Source of the DNA: Bacilli bacterium
GTDB lineage: Bacteria > Bacillota_I > Bacilli_A > RF39 > UBA660
NCBI GenBank assembly: GCA_017411405.1
Contig: JAFQQE010000014.1
Span: 1,067-65,066, forward strand
DNA length: 64,000 nt
Direction of reading: 5' to 3'
Both the position numbers and the translations under genes were made by a program. This document shows, in pieces, positions 10,288 through 16,790 of the stretch. Each line of letters begins with the position of its first letter. Position 1 is the first letter of the stretch. Below the pieces are notes generated by a model that saw nothing but the letters and a program-made list of their open reading frames with translations, was not told where the DNA came from and made no database searches.

Positions 10288-10982
10288 TGAAGAATTTATT
10301 AAGAAAAAATATATATAGAAAAAAAACTATAAAAAAGATAGAAAAGAAATGTAAATTATTAGGTGTAAATAATACCATAGAACCAGTAATATTTATGAAT
10401 ATACGACTTTTAATAACTATACTTTTATTTCTAGGATTCCTATTTACTAATAACGGTTTTATATATGCTCCTATTATATCATTAGTATTTTATATAGGTA
10501 GTGAATATTACTTAGATTTAAAAATAAAAAAAAGAAGTAATAAATTAAATAATGAATCAATATTCTTTTTTCAAATATTTATTCTTTCTTTAGAAAGCGG
10601 TAAAAATTTGAAAGGAGCATTAGAATTAACTTGCGAGAATTTAAATAATGAAATAAGTGCAGAATTTAAACAAGCTTTATTAGAAGTTGAACTTGGTAAA
10701 AGTTTAACAGAAGCGCTGAATAGTATTAAAGAAAGAATTCCAAGTAAAGAAATAAATAATATAATATTAAATATTAAACAATCTAGTATATTTGGTAATA
10801 ATATAATAGATTCGTTAAATAATCAAATAGACTATTTAAGAGAAAATAGATTACTTAGTATTAAAGCTATAATAAATAAAATGCCTATGAAAATAAGCGT
10901 AATTTCAGTAATATTTATAATACCAATAGTGCTATTATTAGTATTAGGACCTGTTGTAATAAATTTTATATTAAATAGTTGA
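10287..10982 (+). CDS. tadC: TadC-like (T2SS GspF domain) inner membrane protein
   Basis: LESGKNL..AL, GKSLTEAL, FGNNIIDSL and KMPMKISV motifs; TAATG coupling to tadB. Confidence 0.82.
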   Translation: MKNLLRKNIYRKKTIKKIEKKCKLLGVNNTIEPVIFMNIRLLITILLFLGFLFTNNGFIYAPIISLVFYIGSEYYLDLKIKKRSNKLNNESIFFFQIFILSLESGKNLKGALELTCENLNNEISAEFKQALLEVELGKSLTEALNSIKERIPSKEINNIILNIKQSSIFGNNIIDSLNNQIDYLRENRLLSIKAIINKMPMKISVISVIFIIPIVLLLVLGPVVINFILNS

Positions 10983-11025
10983 ATAATAAAATATAATAAA
11001 TTATAATTAAATTAGAGGTGAATTT

Positions 11026-11391
11026 ATGAGTAAATTTTGTACAAATTGTGGACAAGAATTAAATGAAGATACAAATTTTTGTATTAATTGCGGAAAAAAA
11101 GTAAATGAAAGTAATGAAGTTAAAGAATCAGTAAATCAAAATAATATAGGTAATAATTCTGATAAAAAAAGCAAAATTGCCGCAGGTTTATTAGGTATAT
11201 TTTTAGGTTCTTTAGGAATACATAATTTTTATTTAGGATATACAGGTAAAGCAGTAGGACAATTATTAATTTCTATATTGTCTTGTGGAGCATTATCTTT
11301 TGTTAGTGGTGTATGGGGACTTGTTGAAGGAATTTTAATACTAACAGGGTCTATTAACCAAGATGCAAATGGAAATCCGCTTGGAGAATAA
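11026..11391 (+). CDS. Zinc-ribbon plus TM2-domain membrane protein
   Basis: N-terminal CxxCG...CxxCG; TM2 motif KSKIAAGLLGIFLGSLGIHNFYLG. Confidence 0.85.
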   Translation: MSKFCTNCGQELNEDTNFCINCGKKVNESNEVKESVNQNNIGNNSDKKSKIAAGLLGIFLGSLGIHNFYLGYTGKAVGQLLISILSCGALSFVSGVWGLVEGILILTGSINQDANGNPLGE

Positions 11392-11746
11392 AAAGGCTAT
11401 AAATATAATTGCAATAAGTGGAATAATACTTCTACTTATTGTTTATTTCTTAGACTTTAACTGTATATTTAAAACTATATTTAATATTCCTTGTATATCA
11501 TGTGGTTTAACAAGAGGGTTTATTTATATTCTAAAATTAGATTTAATAAATGCTATAAAAATGAATTTATTAAGTATACCTCTATTTATTACAATAATTA
11601 TATTTTATGTTTTATATTTCTTATGGATATTATTAAAAAAAGAATATATATTTAAATATTATAATTACATTATTAAATATTATAAATTGATAATTATTAT
11701 TTTAATTATCAATTGGATATATAATGTTATAAAATATATATATTAA
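11363..11746 (+). CDS. DUF2752-family membrane protein
   Basis: CIFKTIFNIPCISCGLTRGF...AIKMN motif. This family is commonly paired with TM2 genes. Start codon is uncertain (11363, 11369 or 11381). Confidence 0.78.
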   Translation: MQMEIRLENKKAINIIAISGIILLLIVYFLDFNCIFKTIFNIPCISCGLTRGFIYILKLDLINAIKMNLLSIPLFITIIIFYVLYFLWILLKKEYIFKYYNYIIKYYKLIIIILIINWIYNVIKYIY

Positions 11747-11804
11747 TATTATTCTTTTTTTAATATATTTTTTTATTATGAATATTATTTATTAAGGTGA
11801 TGTT

Positions 11805-13055
11805 ATGATAAAAAAAATAATATATAATTTTTTAATTATAATATTAGTTTTTCCTATTATAGTAAATGCTAGTTCTAATACAATAGCAAAAGTAGGGAAT
11901 AATTATTATGATACTTTAAGTGATGCTATAAAAAATTCTAATAACAATGATACTATAAAACTATTATCAAACGTTATATCAACAGAATCATTTGATATAA
12001 ATAAAACAGTTAATATTGATTTAAATGGAAATAATATTCTAGCACCATCAAACGTATTTGTAGTAAAAGGAGGAGTTTTAAATTTAAGTGGTAATGGTAC
12101 AATAAGAGAAACAGAACCTAATTATGGAGCAATAAAAGTAATGGGAAGTAGTAATCCTACTGATAATGATTATAGTATAGTTAATATAGGAGAAAATGTA
12201 AAGTTAGAGGGATGGTCAGGTGTATTTATTACACATGAATCATCGAAATCATATGGAGTAGTAGTAAATTTATTTGGAAAAATTAATGCAATAAGTGATG
12301 TTAATGGTGGAACAGGTATAGGAATATATGTAAATGGAAATATTAAAGATGAAACTAATTCACCAATAGTTAATATAAAGGATGGAGCAGAAATAACTTC
12401 AAACGGGAATGGACTATATATAGCAGGATATTCTAAATTTAATATAGGAGACGCTTTTATAAGTGGAGATGAATCTGGTATTGGTATTAAATCAGGTATT
12501 TTAAATATAAACGGTGCTAATATAATATCAGAAGGATTAGATAAAACGCCAACTGAAGGATATAATAATGGAATATATCCGAGTGGTACTGCTATACAAA
12601 TAGAATCTAATACAGGATATAGTGGAAACATTGAATTAAATATAAAAGATGGTTATTTAAGAAGTAAAAATAGTCATACAATATATGAATATATAGGTAA
12701 AGGTAATAGTACTAAAGTTAAAGATATAAATTTATCAGGTGGAACTTATGTTACTGAATCTAATAAAAGTACATTATATTTCTCAGATTCATTTAAAGAT
12801 AAACATAATAAATTTATAACTGGAGGTAAGTATAGGACAGATATAAAAGAATATCTAGCATCAGGATATAGTACAACTATAGAAGATGAATATTATGTAG
12901 TATCAAAAAGTACTATGAAAGAAATAATATTATATAACTCTAATGGTACTAAAAAATCATATGGAAAAATAATTACAATAATCATAGTTTCAATAATAAC
13001 ACTAGTATTAGTTTATTTAAATAGGAATAAATTAATAAATCTTGTTAAAAGATAA
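11805..13055 (+). CDS. Cell-surface protein with pectin-lyase-like beta-helix and C-terminal TM anchor
   Basis: Signal peptide; AKVGNNYYDTLSDAI..TIKLL start motif; repeated I-x-G/GIYV/GIGI rungs; C-terminal hydrophobic helix plus basic tail. Confidence 0.65.
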   Translation: MIKKIIYNFLIIILVFPIIVNASSNTIAKVGNNYYDTLSDAIKNSNNNDTIKLLSNVISTESFDINKTVNIDLNGNNILAPSNVFVVKGGVLNLSGNGTIRETEPNYGAIKVMGSSNPTDNDYSIVNIGENVKLEGWSGVFITHESSKSYGVVVNLFGKINAISDVNGGTGIGIYVNGNIKDETNSPIVNIKDGAEITSNGNGLYIAGYSKFNIGDAFISGDESGIGIKSGILNINGANIISEGLDKTPTEGYNNGIYPSGTAIQIESNTGYSGNIELNIKDGYLRSKNSHTIYEYIGKGNSTKVKDINLSGGTYVTESNKSTLYFSDSFKDKHNKFITGGKYRTDIKEYLASGYSTTIEDEYYVVSKSTMKEIILYNSNGTKKSYGKIITIIIVSIITLVLVYLNRNKLINLVKR

Positions 13056-13133
13056 TTGTAAAGTTTTTGTATTATAAAAAAAACTTATTTTAAATATGTT
13101 TTTTTTATGTTATTATTTAAGTAAGGTGAAAGT

Positions 13134-14306
13134 ATGAGAAGCAAGTTTAAGAATATGGACAAATTTTTATTTTTTCTTATGATCATTTATACTATACTTG
13201 GACTTGTTATGGTATTTAGCGCATCAAGTATGACAGCTGTATTAGAATATGGACAAAGTGAATCTTTCTTTTTTGTAAGACAACTAGTATTTGTTATTTT
13301 AGCTTATATTGCTGGATTTATTATATTATTTATTCCAAATTCTATAATTAATTTATTAAAAAAAATGAATAAATTAATTATATTTGGTGCAATAGGTTTG
13401 CTATTAATAACTTTACTTTTTGGAAAAACAATTAATGGGGCAAAAAGTTGGATTGATTTGGGTGTTATAAGTATTCAACCTAGTGAATTTGTAAAAACTA
13501 TGACAATATTGTTTATTGCATTTTCGTTTAATAATCCAAAGAAAATGTTTACTAAATTCAAGTTTTTAACGCCTTTCATATACGCTGTTATTTGTGTAGC
13601 ATTAATCGCATTTCAACCGGATTTTGGAACTGCTATGATTTTAGCAATAACATGCTTTTTTATGTTTGTTAGTTTACCACTAAAAGATTCTAACTATAAA
13701 AAATTAAAAATTATTGCTGGTGCATTTGCAGTTATATGTTGTTGTATGTTTTTCTTTGGAGGAGAAATATTAAAAAACACAAAAATATTAAGTGAAAAAC
13801 AACTTAGCAGATTAACGTTTACTAATCCTTGTACAAGATATAGAGAACCAACTGGATATCAAGTATGTAATGGTTTTATCGCAATAAATAATGGGGGATT
13901 ATTGGGTTCTGGCTTAGGTAATAGCACCCAAAAATTCTTGTACCTTCCAGAAGCATTTACAGATTTTATATTCCCAATAATAGTAGAAGAATTGGGAAGT
14001 ATAGCAGGGGCTTTTATAATAATTGGATTTTTAATAATGTTATATAGAATACTTAAAATTGCAAGAAATGCAGAAACATTAACTGGCTCTCTTTTAGCAT
14101 TCGGTACATTTTCATTAATTGTTACACACTTATTAATAAATCTACTTGGAGTATTAGCAATAATACCAATAACTGGTGTACCATTACCATTCTTAAGTAG
14201 TGGAGGAAGTTTCTTACTAAATATAATAATATTATTATTTATTACTGAAAGAGTAAGTATAGAAAGTAAAAATACTAAATTAAAAAGAGAAATTGCAAAT
14301 CTATAA
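13134..14306 (+). CDS. ftsW: SEDS-family peptidoglycan polymerase (FtsW/RodA/SpoVE)
   Basis: GLVMVFSAS, GAKSWIDLG..IQPSEFVK, QPDFGT, LPEAFTDFIF and GVPLPFLSSGGS motifs. FtsW versus RodA is not resolved. Confidence 0.88.
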   Translation: MRSKFKNMDKFLFFLMIIYTILGLVMVFSASSMTAVLEYGQSESFFFVRQLVFVILAYIAGFIILFIPNSIINLLKKMNKLIIFGAIGLLLITLLFGKTINGAKSWIDLGVISIQPSEFVKTMTILFIAFSFNNPKKMFTKFKFLTPFIYAVICVALIAFQPDFGTAMILAITCFFMFVSLPLKDSNYKKLKIIAGAFAVICCCMFFFGGEILKNTKILSEKQLSRLTFTNPCTRYREPTGYQVCNGFIAINNGGLLGSGLGNSTQKFLYLPEAFTDFIFPIIVEELGSIAGAFIIIGFLIMLYRILKIARNAETLTGSLLAFGTFSLIVTHLLINLLGVLAIIPITGVPLPFLSSGGSFLLNIIILLFITERVSIESKNTKLKREIANL

Positions 14307-14332
14307 TATGCTAAAAATATAGCATATTTTTT
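14305..14332 (+). terminator. Intrinsic terminator after ftsW
   Basis: AATATGCTA-aaaata-TAGCATATT followed by TTTT. Confidence 0.75.
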
Positions 14333-14343
14333 ATATAAAGAAC

Positions 14344-14373
14344 TTGTATAAAAATACAAGTATATGTTATTAT
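14344..14373 (+). promoter_or_regulatory. SigA-type extended -10 promoter of the small peptide gene, with a palindrome over the -35
   Basis: TTGTAT (14344-49), 18-nt spacer, TG-n-TATTAT (14365-73). The inverted repeat ACTTGTAT-aaa-ATACAAGT (14342-14361 region) overlaps the -35. Confidence 0.6.
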
Positions 14374-14446
14374 AGACATTAATATATTTAACATGCGTTA
14401 GTTGCACTCCTTATAATTAAATTATTAATTTTAAGGAGGTGAAGTG

Positions 14447-14524
14447 ATGAAACAAATAGATAAATTTTTATCTTTCGTTATAATCCTTCTATTTATATTT
14501 GTATTTATACTATTATTTAAATAG
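14447..14524 (+). CDS. 25-aa hydrophobic peptide, candidate type I toxin (MKQIDKFLSFVIILLFIFVFILLFK)
   Basis: Consensus SD AAGGAGGTG at 14433-14441, ATG 14447, TAG 14522-24; single TM helix flanked by Lys. Missed by the ORF track. Confidence 0.72.
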   Translation: MKQIDKFLSFVIILLFIFVFILLFK

Positions 14525-14641
14525 AATAAAAGCACACTAACGGGTTTTGGTTTTGTTAGTGTGCACAAACCAATTTAGGAGTGTACCTAACTAATCGATC
14601 TGTTAAGTATATCCTTTTTATTTTATGCAAATATCTTTGCT
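14525..14641 (-). ncRNA. Candidate cis-antisense RNA (type I antitoxin), about 115 nt
   Basis: Minus-strand TTGACA (14676-71), 17 nt, TATTAT (14653-48). It ends at the perfect 10-bp hairpin GCACACTAAC/GTTAGTGTGC (14532-14564), which has a U-tract only on the minus strand. Confidence 0.6.
14578..14624 (+). terminator. Intrinsic terminator of the small-peptide mRNA
   Basis: GGAGTGTAC-c-TAAC ... GTTA-a-GTATATCC stem (with G-U pairs) followed by TTTTTATTTT on the + strand. Confidence 0.7.
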
Positions 14642-14647
14642 AAATAC

Positions 14648-14676
14648 ATAATATCGTAATAAAATTTTTATGTCAA
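14648..14676 (-). promoter_or_regulatory. SigA promoter driving the antisense RNA
   Basis: Perfect TTGACA, 17-nt spacer, TATTAT; no protein-coding ORF lies downstream on the minus strand. Confidence 0.68.
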
Positions 14677-14847
14677 AAAATATAGAATAAAGAATATTAA
14701 TGTGATAAAATTTATATAGAGTAGAAAGAGCACTATTTCAAATAACTTTTATACTAACCTAAATGATAATCCATATGTAATTAATTAAAAAGAATTATAT
14801 ATCTAGATTAATTTCTTTTTTTTGTGTATAATATTTTTAGTGATTTT

Positions 14848-16155
14848 ATGAAAAATTTAAATAGTGAATTAGTAAAACAAATTAGTAATATAAAAGGTGA
14901 ACCAGAATGGATGTTAGATTTTAGACTTAATAGTCTTAAATCTTTCTTTGCGTTAGATAATCCTAGTTTTGGACCTAATATAGATATAGATTTTAATAAT
15001 ATAAATTATTATAAAAAAGTAAGTGATTTAAAAGATAATTGGGATAATGTTGATAAAGATATTAAAAATACATTTAATGAATTAGGGGTTATTGAAGCAG
15101 AAGAAAAATATTTATGTGGGGTATCTAACCAATATGAAAGTGAAGTCGTATATCACAAAAATAAATTTGATAATGATAATATAATATTTACAAGTACAGA
15201 TGAAGCATTAAAAAAATATCCGGAATTATTTAAAAAATATTTTAATAATTTAGTTAAATATGATGAAAATAAATATACAGCATTAAATGGAGCGTTATGG
15301 AGTGGAGGAACATTTATTTATATTCCACCATTTACTAAGCTAGATAGACCACTACAAAGTTATTTTAGAATCAATAGTGTATCTTTAGGGCAATTTGAAA
15401 GAACTATAATAATAGTCGATGAAGGAGCAGAGCTTTCTTATATAGAAGGGTGTACAGCTCCTACTTATTCTGAAAATAGTTTACATGCAGGAGTAGTTGA
15501 AATATATGTAGGTCGTAATGCAAAATGCAAATATTCAACTATTCAAAACTGGAGTACTGATGTATATAACTTAGTAACTAAAAGAGCAATAGTAGAAGAA
15601 AATGGCTTGATGGAATGGGTTGACGGTAACTTAGGAAGTAAAGTAACTATGAAATATCCTTCATGTATATTAAAAGGAGATTATTCCAAAGGTAATTCAA
15701 TAAGTATTGCATATGCAAAAAATGGTCAATACTTAGATGCTGGAGCTAAAATGATACATATTGGTAAAAATACTAAAAGCAATATAATTAGTAAATCTAT
15801 TGCAAGTAGTGGTGGAATAAGTAATTACCGTGGTACTACTAAGATATCTAATAGTGCAAATAATTCAATAGCAAGTATAAAATGTGATACAATTCTTTTA
15901 GATGATAAATCTATAAGTGATACAATTCCAAAAAACATAGTATTAAATGATACAAGTATAATAGAACATGAAGCATCTGTATCTAAAATAAGTGAAGAAA
16001 AATTACTATATTTAAAAGAAAAAGGTATAGATGAAGAAACAGCAAAATCAATGATAATAATGGGATTTATAAATGATTTTAAAAATGAATTACCAATGGA
16101 ATATGCTGTTGAATTAAATAGATTAATGAGTGGAGAAAATGTATGCAAGATCTAA
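14848..16155 (+). CDS. sufB: Fe-S cluster assembly scaffold SufB
   Basis: IEAEEKYLCGVSNQYESEVVY, ALNGALWSGGTFIYIP, GQFERTIII, YIEGCTAP, SLHAGVVE, HEASVSKI, ELPMEYAVELNRL. Confidence 0.93.
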   Translation: MKNLNSELVKQISNIKGEPEWMLDFRLNSLKSFFALDNPSFGPNIDIDFNNINYYKKVSDLKDNWDNVDKDIKNTFNELGVIEAEEKYLCGVSNQYESEVVYHKNKFDNDNIIFTSTDEALKKYPELFKKYFNNLVKYDENKYTALNGALWSGGTFIYIPPFTKLDRPLQSYFRINSVSLGQFERTIIIVDEGAELSYIEGCTAPTYSENSLHAGVVEIYVGRNAKCKYSTIQNWSTDVYNLVTKRAIVEENGLMEWVDGNLGSKVTMKYPSCILKGDYSKGNSISIAYAKNGQYLDAGAKMIHIGKNTKSNIISKSIASSGGISNYRGTTKISNSANNSIASIKCDTILLDDKSISDTIPKNIVLNDTSIIEHEASVSKISEEKLLYLKEKGIDEETAKSMIIMGFINDFKNELPMEYAVELNRLMSGENVCKI

Positions 16156-16676
16156 ATATTTATAACGAATCCTATTTAATAATAGGAGGACCAAATACTA
16201 AAAAAAGTGAAGTTGCTTTAAATTTAAGCAAAAAATTAAAATATAAACTTATTAATTTAGATAGAGAAAAACATAAATACTTTGATGATTTTACTGATTA
16301 TGATTTTAAAACATATCAAAATATATTAGATAATTATGGAATAGAAAAAGCCATAAATTATATACATAAATATGAAATGAAACATTTGAATTATATATTA
16401 GATAATATAGATAGAAATGTTATAATTGATTTTGGTAATACTTATACATTGATAAATGATAAAGAAATATTAAATAAAATAAAATTATATAAAAATATAG
16501 TATTATTAAATCCAAGTGAAGAATTGATAAATAAAAGTGATATTATAACAAAAAAGTTATATAATAATAAAATAAATAAAGAAATCTCTACTATTAACAT
16601 TAATATAGATAATAAAGAAATTAATGAAATAATAGAAGAAATTATAAATTATAAAAAATTTAAGGATATATTATAA
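16143..16676 (+). CDS. P-loop kinase-like protein (shikimate/nucleotide kinase fold, degenerate Walker A)
   Basis: LIIGGPNTKKSEVALNLSKKLKYKLINLD resembles the NMP/shikimate kinase start; VIIDFG resembles the Walker B region. Overlaps the sufB end by 13 bp. Confidence 0.55.
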   Translation: MQDLNIYNESYLIIGGPNTKKSEVALNLSKKLKYKLINLDREKHKYFDDFTDYDFKTYQNILDNYGIEKAINYIHKYEMKHLNYILDNIDRNVIIDFGNTYTLINDKEILNKIKLYKNIVLLNPSEELINKSDIITKKLYNNKINKEISTININIDNKEINEIIEEIINYKKFKDIL

Positions 16677-16790
16677 AAAAGAATAATTAAATTATTAAGT
16701 GTTATTAAAGTATTTTTTTGACTAATACTTAACACTTTTTCTTTTTTTATATGAAAAAATTTGTTAAAATATAATTTAGGATGGTGCATT

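Noticed and set aside
13859-14407. 182-aa minus-strand ORF
   Set aside because: Mostly antisense to ftsW, no RBS or motif. The intergenic part is better explained by the promoter and 5' UTR of the small-peptide gene.
14378-14624. Interpretation of the structured intergenic RNA as 6S RNA or a sufB riboswitch
   Set aside because: It contains a perfect SD with a hydrophobic ORF and a convergent promoter, and sufB has separate promoters downstream of its terminator. A type I TA layout explains all the elements better.
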